Assembly (NCBI GenBank): GCA_013387205.1
Contig: WARV01000011.1
Location: 1 to 56,570, forward strand
Source: Patescibacteria group bacterium
GTDB taxonomy: Bacteria; Patescibacteriota; Doudnabacteria; UBA920
Length of the DNA: 56,570 nt
Direction: 5' to 3'
Positions within the stretch are counted from its first letter, which is position 1, and each line of letters begins with the position of its first letter. Under the pieces are notes generated by a model, which saw only the letters and a program-made list of their open reading frames with translations, did not search any database and was not told where the DNA came from. Positions 18,391 to 27,297 of this stretch are shown piece after piece. The translations under genes and the position numbers were made by a program.

Positions 18391-18440
18391 ACGAGGGTTC
18401 CCCTCGGCTAAATTTGCTAAGCCCCGAGGGGAACCCTCGT
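18391..18440. repeat. REP doublet closing the RAYT locus
   Basis: GATAAGTACGAGGGTTCCCCTCGG is identical at 16842 and 18384, with the inverted partner CCGAGGGGAACCCTCGT. Confidence 0.8.
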
Positions 18441-18541
18441 TATTAAGAAAGACGAAGCCCTTTTGTCCTCGCAATGACACAAGGGCAGTAAGCATTTACT
18501 ATTTTTTAAGTTTCATTTAATAGCAATTTTATATATAATTA

Positions 18542-19645
18542 ATGTATATGAAAGGTGTTATCGAAACAATTGAAGACCTGGGTTACAATGCTTTTTTTGA
18601 ATCTAATCGCAAAGAATTGAAATTAGACGGCTTTTTGGTTGCTCGGGTCACAGCCGAACATAAAGGGGCTTACAAGGTCAGGAGCGCAAATGGCGAATAT
18701 TTAGCAAAGATAACCGGAAAGCAGATGTTTAATGCTGTATCCAGAGAAGACTATCCTGCTGTAGGCGACTGGGTGGTAATTACCGAACTCGATAAGGATA
18801 AAGCAGTAATCCAAGGGATATTGCCGAGAAAGACAATAATAAAAAGAAAACATGGCGGCAAAAACGAAACGCAAATTATAGCGGCTAATATTGACGTTGC
18901 GTTTGTTATTGAATCGTTGGATAGGGACTATAACCTAAACCGCTTTGAAAGGTATCTCGCCATAGCAAAAGAAGAGGGTGTGGAGCCATGCATAATATTA
19001 AATAAAATAGACTTAATCTCTAAAGAAGGTCTGGATTTGAAATTAGCCCAAATAAGAAACAGGCTGCCTGGTGTTGATGTTATTCCAACCAGCATTGTAA
19101 CCGAGAAGGGGTTAGATGAATTAAAAAGATACATCGCAAAAGGAAAAACTTATTGTTTTCTTGGCTCAAGCGGCGTTGGAAAATCCTCCCTGATCAATAA
19201 GCTCATTGGGGATGAAAGTATTAAAACCGGAGATATAGGTCTAGGTACCGGCAGGGGAAAACATACGACTACAAGCAGAGAAATGTATTTTTTGGAAAAC
19301 GGCGGGCTGGTAATAGACAACCCCGGAATGCGGGAAGTGGGAATAACAGACGCAAAGGAAGGTGTAGAGAATGTATTTGATGAAATAACTATTTTGGCAA
19401 ATAAATGCAAGTTTGCTGACTGCACGCACACCCACGAACCGGGATGCGAAGTGTTGCTTGCAGTAAAATCTGGCAAGTTGGAAGAAGACAAATATTCCAA
19501 TTACATTGGCTTGAAAAAGGAAGCGGAATATTACAAGATGACTGAATTTGAAAAGAGGAAAAAAGACCGCCAATTTGGAAAGTTCGTTAAGAACGCGAAA
19601 AAGGAGTTAAGGAGTTACAGGCATAAAAATAAGCAGTGGGACTAG
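18542..19645 (+). CDS. rsgA: Ribosome small subunit-dependent GTPase A
   Basis: PAVGDWV, NKID, GSSGVGKS, GKHTT and CKFADCTHTHEPGC zinc finger. Confidence 0.95.
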   Translation: MYMKGVIETIEDLGYNAFFESNRKELKLDGFLVARVTAEHKGAYKVRSANGEYLAKITGKQMFNAVSREDYPAVGDWVVITELDKDKAVIQGILPRKTIIKRKHGGKNETQIIAANIDVAFVIESLDRDYNLNRFERYLAIAKEEGVEPCIILNKIDLISKEGLDLKLAQIRNRLPGVDVIPTSIVTEKGLDELKRYIAKGKTYCFLGSSGVGKSSLINKLIGDESIKTGDIGLGTGRGKHTTTSREMYFLENGGLVIDNPGMREVGITDAKEGVENVFDEITILANKCKFADCTHTHEPGCEVLLAVKSGKLEEDKYSNYIGLKKEAEYYKMTEFEKRKKDRQFGKFVKNAKKELRSYRHKNKQWD

Positions 19646-19808
19646 AATAAAATTGCCTAATTAATTCTATCCAAGTTTTCTACCAGTCTTGATTTTGGGC
19701 TATTACTAAAAATTCCCGAGTTTATCTCGGGTTTTTGTTATCAAAATGTAATTTTATTATATAGTGTTTGTATGATAAAATGATTAAGCGATATTAAAAA
19801 TTATTGAC

Positions 19809-20606
19809 ATGAACATAATTGAAGCTAGTAATCTGACAAAAACGTTTGGGGATTTTACGGCCGTAAATAACGTCAGTTTTTCCGTAGGCCAAGGGGAAAT
19901 TTTTGCTTTTTTGGGGCCGAACGGCGCGGGTAAGTCCACAACCATCAAAATGCTGACCACTTTGCTCAAGCCCACGAAAGGTGAAGTTTTACTTAACGGC
20001 AAAAATTCCCTTACCCAGCAGGATGAAGTCCGCAAAACTTTTGGCATTGTTTTCCAGGACCCGAGCCTGGACGAGGAATTAACTGCTTACGAGAACATGA
20101 AATTCCACGCTGTCTTGTATAAGGTATCCAAAAAGGGTTTGGATGAAAAAATAAAAAGCTTGCTCGAGTTCGTGGATTTGTGGGACAGGAAGGATAGTTT
20201 GGTTAAGCAGTTTTCCGGAGGCATGAAGCGGCGATTGGAGATTGCCAGGGGATTATTGCATCATCCCAGGATTTTATTTTTAGACGAGCCGACTTTGGGG
20301 CTGGACCCTCAGACCAGGAACCACTTGTGGAGCTATATTAAAAATTTGAACCAGACCGAACAGTTGACAGTGTTTTTGACCACGCACTACATGGAAGAGG
20401 CGGAAAAAATCGCTGACCGCATTGCTATTATTGACCACGGGAAAATTATCGCCCAAGGTACGGCAGAAGAATTAAAAGCACAGACTCAAACCGCTTCTTT
20501 GGAAGAAGCCTTCCTGAGTCTGACCGGCCACGCCATAAGGGAAGAGGGGGCTACCGGCTTAGACCGCATGAGGGAAATGCGCCAGCGCAGGGCTGGAAGA
20601 AGGTAA
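19809..20606 (+). CDS. ABC-2 exporter ATP-binding subunit (DrrA-like)
   Basis: GPNGAGKS, FSGGMKRRLEIARGL, LFLDEPT and TTHYMEEA motifs. Confidence 0.93.
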   Translation: MNIIEASNLTKTFGDFTAVNNVSFSVGQGEIFAFLGPNGAGKSTTIKMLTTLLKPTKGEVLLNGKNSLTQQDEVRKTFGIVFQDPSLDEELTAYENMKFHAVLYKVSKKGLDEKIKSLLEFVDLWDRKDSLVKQFSGGMKRRLEIARGLLHHPRILFLDEPTLGLDPQTRNHLWSYIKNLNQTEQLTVFLTTHYMEEAEKIADRIAIIDHGKIIAQGTAEELKAQTQTASLEEAFLSLTGHAIREEGATGLDRMREMRQRRAGRR

Positions 20607-20638
20607 AGAAGAATTTCTAATTATTCTAATTTCTAATT

Positions 20639-20654
20639 TCCGCCAGCTGGCGGA
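20639..20654. repeat. 16-bp perfect palindrome TCCGCCAGCTGGCGGA (dispersed repeat)
   Basis: Also at 23657, 24162, 42708 and 49128, and with one mismatch at 31640. Confidence 0.85.
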
Positions 20655-20859
20655 CTAAACAAATCCCAATTCCCAATTTCTAATACCAACTCCCTCTGTC
20701 TCCCTCTTTAGAAAAGAGGGAGAACATGCTAAGCCAGATTTGCTGATAGTTATCAGTTAGCCTTGCTTAGCTGGTTCCTTCTCTTATTCTTAAGAGAAGG
20801 GCAGGATGAGTTAATAATAATTAGAGCAATTAGGTCAATTAGGAATAATTTAAAACCCC

Positions 20860-21606
20860 ATGTCCACAATTTACATTTTATGGTTAAGGCAAATAAAGAG
20901 ATATTTAAGGTCCCGCTCGCGCATAATAGGCAGCTTGGGCCAGCCATTGCTGTTTTTGCTGGCTTTGGGTTACGGCTTTGGCCCGGTTTTTAAGAATGCC
21001 GGGCAAGGCAACTACATCCAGTTTTTAGCGCCCGGCATTATTGCCATGAGCATATTATTCACCTCTATTTTTACCGGCGTGGAAATGATTTGGGACAGGC
21101 AGTTCGGGTTTTTAAAAGAAACTTTGGTTGCGCCGGTGTCGCGCTTTAACATTATGATGGGCAGGGTTTTGGGCGGTGCTACGGTGGCCGCATTCCAGGG
21201 CCTTATTGTTTTGATAATTTCCATTTTGGCCGGCTTTCGCATCCATCACTGGCAATCTTTCCCTTTGGCAATTTTGTTCATGCTGCTTATTGCCTTGCTA
21301 TTTACTGCGCTAGGGACTGCCATTGCTTCTATGCTGGAAGACTTCCAGGGCTTCCAGCTGATTATGAGCTTTGTGGTTATGCCGATTTATTTTTTATCCG
21401 GTGCAATATTCCCTTTGGCCAATTTGCCGGTTGTTTTAAATTACATCACCAGGGTTAATCCTTTGTCTTACGGAGTGGATGGGCTTAGGATAGCGCTCAT
21501 CCAGCAGCAGCACTTTAATGTAGGTTTGGATTTGTTCTTGCTCAGCGCCTTAAGTATCTTGCTGGTGGCGTTTGGCAGCTACCTTTTCTCCAAAATCCAG
21601 GTTTAA
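20860..21606 (+). CDS. ABC-2 exporter permease (DrrB-like)
   Basis: About six hydrophobic segments; DRQFGFLKETLVAPVSR and NPLSYGVDGLR motifs. Confidence 0.92.
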   Translation: MSTIYILWLRQIKRYLRSRSRIIGSLGQPLLFLLALGYGFGPVFKNAGQGNYIQFLAPGIIAMSILFTSIFTGVEMIWDRQFGFLKETLVAPVSRFNIMMGRVLGGATVAAFQGLIVLIISILAGFRIHHWQSFPLAILFMLLIALLFTALGTAIASMLEDFQGFQLIMSFVVMPIYFLSGAIFPLANLPVVLNYITRVNPLSYGVDGLRIALIQQQHFNVGLDLFLLSALSILLVAFGSYLFSKIQV

Positions 21607-21876
21607 GGGAGAAAGGGAGTATACTAAACCACAATAAAATCAGGCAAACGAATGGCTCAACCCCGGTTGAGCCATTTGTCTTATTCAGATGATGTAGGGG
21701 CGGATATTATCCGCCCGATAAAAGGCAGGCCACCTGTGGCGTTAGCACAGTAGTGCAGGCCCTTGGCCTGTCTATCTGTTAGCAGGCTCTCAGCCTGCAC
21801 TACAAAAACAAAGGACGGCTTTCAAAGCCGTCCTTATAACACCACTCTCACTACCGCAAAATGGTACAATCTTATT

Positions 21877-21975
21877 TTATTCAGTGCCGAAGCCGTTGCC
21901 GGTCTTTTCTCCTGAGTCCGGCGCGTCAGTCCTGCCAAAGCCGCGGCCTGTTCCTTGGTTTAATACTTTAAGCAT
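21877..21975 (-). CDS. Possible 32-aa peptide with repeated TGxGFG (not in ORF track)
   Basis: MLKVLNQGTGRGFGRTDAPDSGEKTGNGFGTE*; G-rich RBS upstream and hairpin+U terminator downstream (21805-21835). Confidence 0.4.
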   Translation of the reverse strand: MLKVLNQGTGRGFGRTDAPDSGEKTGNGFGTE

Positions 21976-22100
21976 AATACCACCCCCTTTATAATGATAA
22001 AATTTTTGGTACTAGTGTGCTGACGGCTGAAGAATTTGTTCCTTACGATTGACAGGGGTTTTTGGCAATGGTAGAATACGTTACGTTTAAGGAGGTAGTA

Positions 22101-22385
22101 ATGGAAGTTATAAGTGTTGGAAGCATCAGCGAGGCTGAGAAGAAGATTTGTGATACAGTTTGCAGCCAGTGCAACGGGAAAGGTTTAACGGTTGTTGCCA
22201 TAAAGCCTTTCCATTGCGACGAGCCAGAGCATCAAGAAAAGTACCTGCTCGTATTTAACACCATGTGCACCTCGTGTTCACATTCGGCTGACGTGGTGTT
22301 CGATTTGACTGACTACTACGTCAACTTAGTCGCGAATCGTATGTTGGCCCAGGCGAACAACCCCATACCTTTGGGGCCTCAATGA
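22101..22385 (+). CDS. Small Cys-rich (zinc-ribbon-like) hypothetical protein
   Basis: CSQC...CTSC; AAGGAGG RBS; TTGACA-17-TAGAAT promoter at 22049-22077. Confidence 0.7.
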   Translation: MEVISVGSISEAEKKICDTVCSQCNGKGLTVVAIKPFHCDEPEHQEKYLLVFNTMCTSCSHSADVVFDLTDYYVNLVANRMLAQANNPIPLGPQ

Positions 22386-22445
22386 AACAGGAATCAAACC
22401 ATTACCGGTCCGTACGTAACCCGTACGGACCAGTTTTTATTTATA

Positions 22446-22518
22446 GAAACTGTCTCCAAACTTCATTTTGTCTGCAATTCTAAAATTCCGCCTTAAAAGC
22501 AAGTTTGGAGACAGTTTC
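22446..22518. mobile_element. Short MITE-like relative of 15932-16178
   Basis: GAAACTGTCTCCAAACTT...AAGTTTGGAGACAGTTTC with the same internal ends (CATTTTG.CTGCAATT and CTTAAAAGC). Confidence 0.6.
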
Positions 22519-22550
22519 CTAGGTATTTGTTATAATTTAAATATCACTTT

Positions 22551-23438
22551 ATGGAAAAAAATATAGACGGAATAAAGAAAATTGCAAAAAAACCTGTAGT
22601 TGTCAGGCCAGTCATTAGAATTACTGTTGTTAAGCAAAGACCGCCTCAGCCAGCTGCCCCAAAATTTTTTGATACCGCTCCCGAGCGCATTGGAAAAATT
22701 TTATTATCTTTGGCAGAAAAAAAGGATAAAATTAAACGCAAGATTTCTTTTGATTTTCCAAACAAGAAAGTTTTTCAATTTAACCGTTCTGCATGGGTAA
22801 CCGCATTTTTAGTTTTGGCTTTAACCGCATCTTTCGGTTTTGGTTTTTGGGCGGCCTTGACCACTCCAAAATCCATAGCTGATGACGAGCAGCAAGCGGC
22901 AAAGCCTGTTGTTTATGAAATGCCTCTGCCTGACGTTAAGCTGCTCAACCAGCCTAATATCTCCACCAATGACGCGCTGTTTACCATGCCCATCAACCAG
23001 TTGGAAGCGTTCTTAAAGCAGCAGCAGGGGCAAGACAAGCCAAGTAAACCAGTTAAGGATTTGCTGGCCGAGCGCACAGAAAAACTCAAAATTTATTTGG
23101 CGGAAAAGAAATCGCCGTTCGTGGAAATCGCGGATACGATTGCCGGCTTAAAGCACTGGAAGCTGGTTTTAGCCATTTCTAACGCGGAAAGCACGCTGGG
23201 CAAGCATTGTTCCAGCAACAACTGCAGCGGCATTGGCGTGGACCCCAGCCATCCGTTGTGGCGCAAGTATGAATCTACCAGGGACTGGGCCAAAGACTTA
23301 GACAGGCTTTTGGAAAAGAGATATAAAGATTGGACTTTGGAAAAAATGAACGGGGTTTATAACCAACCCGGAAGCCAAAACTGGCTTTTGGCCACCAGGC
23401 AGATATTGGCTGAATTGGCGGAAAGAAATGTTGAGTAA
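22551..23438 (+). CDS. Membrane-anchored protein with C-terminal lysozyme-like domain
   Basis: One TM helix; LVLAISNAESTLGK...NNCSGI resembles a lysozyme-fold catalytic helix. Confidence 0.6.
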   Translation: MEKNIDGIKKIAKKPVVVRPVIRITVVKQRPPQPAAPKFFDTAPERIGKILLSLAEKKDKIKRKISFDFPNKKVFQFNRSAWVTAFLVLALTASFGFGFWAALTTPKSIADDEQQAAKPVVYEMPLPDVKLLNQPNISTNDALFTMPINQLEAFLKQQQGQDKPSKPVKDLLAERTEKLKIYLAEKKSPFVEIADTIAGLKHWKLVLAISNAESTLGKHCSSNNCSGIGVDPSHPLWRKYESTRDWAKDLDRLLEKRYKDWTLEKMNGVYNQPGSQNWLLATRQILAELAERNVE

Positions 23439-23533
23439 TTTTTGATTTTAGATTTGAGATTTTAGATTTTTGCATTTTAAGGCGGGGAACATTAAGAAAG
23501 GCGCTTCAAGGTGAGTCGAGTGCCTTTTTAAAC

Positions 23534-23588
23534 TTGACATCCGTCAAAAGGGGTATATACTAGAATAGTAGACCCCCCTATGGGGGGT
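23534..23588 (+). promoter_or_regulatory. csoR promoter with CsoR-type operator
   Basis: TTGACA...TATACT followed by the ACCCCCC-TAT-GGGGGGT C/G-tract palindrome (23572-23588) characteristic of CsoR/RcnR operators. Confidence 0.75.
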
Positions 23589-23773
23589 ATGATAGAAGCT
23601 TTTGATATTTTCAGTAAAGACATTATAAATTAACCTAATTTCTAATTAACCTAATTTCCGCCAGCTGGCGGACTAAACAAATCCCAAATTCTAATGCCTA
23701 AATTATGAAATTGGGAAATTAGATATTGTTTAGAGCTTAGAAATTAGTAATTAGAATATTTTTTCAAATATCT

Positions 23774-24058
23774 ATGAAATCAGTTGATAGCCAAGGTAAA
23801 AACAAAAAAGACGTTGTAAAAAGATTGCACTACGCCCAGGGGCATTTGAAGGCCGTCTGCAAAATGATAGAAGGTGACGCGTATTGCCTGGATATCATCA
23901 ACCAGAACCACGCGGTTATTGAAGCGTTAAAAAAAGTGAATCAAATGGTGCTGGAAGGCCATTTGGGCGTGTGCGCCTGGGACGCGGTTAACAGCAAGAA
24001 CACGGCTAAAAGGAAGAAGGCGATAGAAGAATTGGTGAAGTTGTACGGCAGACAATAG
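23774..24058 (+). CDS. csoR: CsoR-family metal-sensing transcriptional repressor
   Basis: RL...GHL..V.KMIE..YCLDIINQ...LEGHLGVC, with Cys-His-Cys ligands. Confidence 0.88.
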   Translation: MKSVDSQGKNKKDVVKRLHYAQGHLKAVCKMIEGDAYCLDIINQNHAVIEALKKVNQMVLEGHLGVCAWDAVNSKNTAKRKKAIEELVKLYGRQ

Positions 24059-24253
24059 ATAAATTAACCTAATTTCTAATTATTCTAATTGACCTAAATA
24101 ATGCCTAAGTCCCAATGTCTAATATTTGGGTATTAGTAATTAGGAATTGGGATTTGTTTAGTCCGCCAGCTGGCGGAAATTAGAGCAATTAGGTTAATTA
24201 GGAATTAATTTTCAGAAAAAATATCTATAAATAATTAAAATGTAAAATATATT

Positions 24254-25231
24254 ATGAACAATGCAAATGTGAAAAATGTTGTAATTATCGGCAGTGGGCC
24301 AGCTGGGCTGACCGCGGCAATTTATGCGGCCAGAGCAGAACTTAAGCCTGTGGTTTTGGCAGGTTTGACTCCCGGCGGGCAATTGATGCAAACAACGGAA
24401 GTGGAAAATTTTCCGGGATTCATTAACGGCATTATGGGGCCGCAGCTTATGGATAACATGATAAAGCAGGCAGAAAGGTTTGGCGCGGAAATAATTTTGG
24501 AAAACGCGGTTTCCGCGGATTTTTTCAAAAAGCCTTTTTCCGTTAAAACCGATAAAACTGAATACTTGGCTAAGGCTGTGATTATCGCTACGGGTGCGGA
24601 AGCTAATTGGCTTAATTTGGAAAGCGAACAGCGCTTGCGCGGCAAAGGCGTGTCAGCCTGCGCTACTTGCGACGGGTTTTTCTTTAAGGACAAGGAAGTC
24701 GCGGTTATCGGCGGGGGAGACAGTGCCATGGAAGAAGCCAACTTTTTGACCAAGTTTGCCAAAAAAGTGACCGTTATCCATCGCCGCGAAGAATTCAGGG
24801 CTTCCAAGATTATGTTGGAGAGGGCCAAGAGCAACCCGAAAATATCTTTTGTAACCAACGCCCAAGTTTTGGAAGTGCTGGGGGAAAAATCCGTGGAAGG
24901 AATTAAAATAAAAGATAACGCCACTGGCGGGGAAAAAACCATTCCCATCCAGGGCTATTTTGCGGCTATTGGCCACACCCCGACTACCAAAATTTTTGCC
25001 GCTGCCGGAATTAAAGTCGACCAAAAGGGTTATATTGAAGTTCTAAACCATACCCGCACCAATATTGAAGGCGTGTTCGTGGCCGGTGACGTGTCTGATC
25101 CGCGCTACCGCCAGGCCGTATCCGCGTCCGGCATGGGCTGCATGGCCGCCTTGGATATGGAAAAATATCTGGCCGAACACGAAGAGATAGAATCTAAAAC
25201 AGTGGAACAAGTCCAAGAATCAAAAACCTAA
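24254..25231 (+). CDS. trxB: Thioredoxin-disulfide reductase
   Basis: GSGPAG, CATCDG, GGGDSAMEEA, HRR and FVAGDV motifs. Confidence 0.96.
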   Translation: MNNANVKNVVIIGSGPAGLTAAIYAARAELKPVVLAGLTPGGQLMQTTEVENFPGFINGIMGPQLMDNMIKQAERFGAEIILENAVSADFFKKPFSVKTDKTEYLAKAVIIATGAEANWLNLESEQRLRGKGVSACATCDGFFFKDKEVAVIGGGDSAMEEANFLTKFAKKVTVIHRREEFRASKIMLERAKSNPKISFVTNAQVLEVLGEKSVEGIKIKDNATGGEKTIPIQGYFAAIGHTPTTKIFAAAGIKVDQKGYIEVLNHTRTNIEGVFVAGDVSDPRYRQAVSASGMGCMAALDMEKYLAEHEEIESKTVEQVQESKT

Positions 25232-25277
25232 CAGAACAAATCCTAAAACTTATATCATAAATCTTAAATCTAAATAA

Positions 25278-26518
25278 ATGTCTAATCCTTTTGAATCCGC
25301 CAGGCGCCAGCTTGACGAAGCGGCAAAAATTGCCGGGCTCGACAGCCAAAAAATCGAGAGGTTAAAATCTCCAGACCGTTATGTGGAAGTTTCTATTCCC
25401 GTTATAATGGATGACGCCAGCCAAAAAATATTTACGGGGTTTAGAAGCCAGCACAATAACGCCCGCGGCCCTTACAAGGGCGGCATAAGGTTTCATCAGC
25501 AGGTTAATTTAGACGAGGTTAGGGCTTTAAGCTTTTGGATGAGCTTTAAAAACGCGGTGGTCAACGTGCCTTTTGGCGGCGGCAAAGGAGGGGTTGTTGT
25601 AAATCCCAAAGAGCTGTCGCAAAACGAGCTGGAAAAATTAAGCCGCGGTTACGTGCAGAAAATTTACCCCGTCATAGGGCCGGAGGTTGATGTGCCTGCT
25701 CCGGATGTAAATACCAACGGGCAAATTATGTCCTGGATGCTGGATGAATATATTAAGTTATCCCTTGATGGTCACCATCAAGGGAGGCTGCTGGCAACCT
25801 TTACCGGCAAGCCTTTGGATAACGGCGGGAGCCAGGGCAGGGAAGAGGCAACTGGTTTTGGCGGCACCAGGGTTTTAAGAGAAGCGTTAAAAGCCAAGCT
25901 TGCAGATATTCCAGAAGGAGCCAGTATTGCTATTCAAGGGTTTGGCAATGTGGCGACATTTTTTGCGGAAACCGCCAAAGAATTGGACTGAAAGTTGTGG
26001 CAGTTTCTGACAGCAAAGGCGGGATATATAATCCCGAAGGGCTTGATATCAAAACCGTACAGAGCCAAAAAAAGCAAACTAAGTCAGTAAAAGGTTTTTC
26101 CGGCGCAAAAGACATCACTAATGAAGAACTTTTGGAATTGCCGGTTGATATTCTAGTCCCCGCCGCTTTAGAAAACGTGTTGACCGGAGAAAACGCGGAG
26201 AAAATTAAAGCAAAATTAATTGTGGAAATGGCCAATGGCCCGACTACGCCGGAAGCAGATGAAATTTTTGCCAAAAAAGGCATTGTGCTGATTCCGGACA
26301 TTTTGGCTAACAGCGGAGGGGTTTGTACTTCGTATTTTGAATGGTACCAGAACATGCATCAAGAAAGCTGGAGCCGCGACCAGGTTTTGGAAAAATTAGA
26401 CAAGCAAATGGTTCAGGCGTTTAGTGACGTGTTGGAAATTAAGAATAAATTCAACACCACTTTCCGCAACGCCGCGTATATTCTGGCCGCACAAAGAATT
26501 ATCAGCGCGATGAAATAA
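25278..26518 (+). pseudogene. gdhA: Glu/Leu/Phe/Val dehydrogenase (glutamate dehydrogenase) split by a single-base frameshift
   Basis: GPYKGGIRF, GGGKGG, PAPDV and QGFGNV in ORF1; EMANGP and PDILANSGGV in ORF2. Adding one G at TTGGACTG (~25986) restores KELGLKVVAVSDS. Confidence 0.85.
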
Positions 26519-26608
26519 ATTGTCCACAGATGCACAGATAACACAAATTACACAGATTTACCCCGCCCTTTAAGAGGGCGGGGTTTTAAAATAGTGTATA
26601 ATTAAAAT

Positions 26609-27121
26609 ATGCACGACGTAATTATAATTGGCTGCGGGCCGGCAGGAATGAGTGCTGCAATTTATGCGGCCGCAAACAAATTAAAAACTTTAGTTATAGC
26701 CAAGGAGTTGCCGGACAGGAAAGGCGATGATTTTGAAATTGTCGGACAAACTGAAATCGCACAGAAATTCCAAAAGGCCTTAAAGGACTATCCGAAGACT
26801 TTGGAGTTAAAGGATAAAACCGAGGTGGTGACGCTTGAAAAGAATGTTGTCAGTTTTTCGGTGGAATTGGCATCCGGACTAATTTTTTACGGCAAGACAG
26901 TAATTATCGCCAGCGGAAAAGAGTCTTCAAGTTTTGACATGCTGACAAACAAGGATGCGCACGATAATATAAAGGCAGATGTTAATATGAATACAAGTAT
27001 TCCGGGAATTTTTGCCGTAGGTGATTGTATTGGAGAAGAGAGTAAAGGTGTTCTGGTTTGCGCCGGCGAAGGCGCAAAAGCCGCGCTTTCTGCTTTGAAA
27101 TACCTAAGACGGGATCAGTAA
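26609..27121 (+). CDS. Short TrxB-like FAD-binding protein lacking the NADPH/CxxC domain
   Basis: DVIIIGCGPAG, IIASG and TSIPGIFAVGD within only 170 aa. Confidence 0.75.
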   Translation: MHDVIIIGCGPAGMSAAIYAAANKLKTLVIAKELPDRKGDDFEIVGQTEIAQKFQKALKDYPKTLELKDKTEVVTLEKNVVSFSVELASGLIFYGKTVIIASGKESSSFDMLTNKDAHDNIKADVNMNTSIPGIFAVGDCIGEESKGVLVCAGEGAKAALSALKYLRRDQ

Positions 27122-27297
27122 ATTTCATTTCATTCCTCGATATTTCACGGCCGTGAAATATCGAGGAATTACTCTAAATTACGTAATCAATTACGTAATT
27201 TTTTTTATTAAAAAGGCGATTGAAATTAGTTAAAATTGTTGTTGACAAAACAGTGAAAATTTATAATAATTTAGTGTTAAACCTTAATCAAAAACAT

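Noticed and set aside
20612-24210. Recurrent CTAATT / TCCGCCAGCTGGCGGA repeats as a CRISPR array
   Set aside because: Copies are dispersed with no regular repeat-spacer period, and no cas genes are present.
25989-25991. TGA in gdh as stop-codon readthrough, selenocysteine or genetic code 25
   Set aside because: The downstream half is in a different frame, so this is a one-base frameshift. Other genes in the window end in TGA normally.
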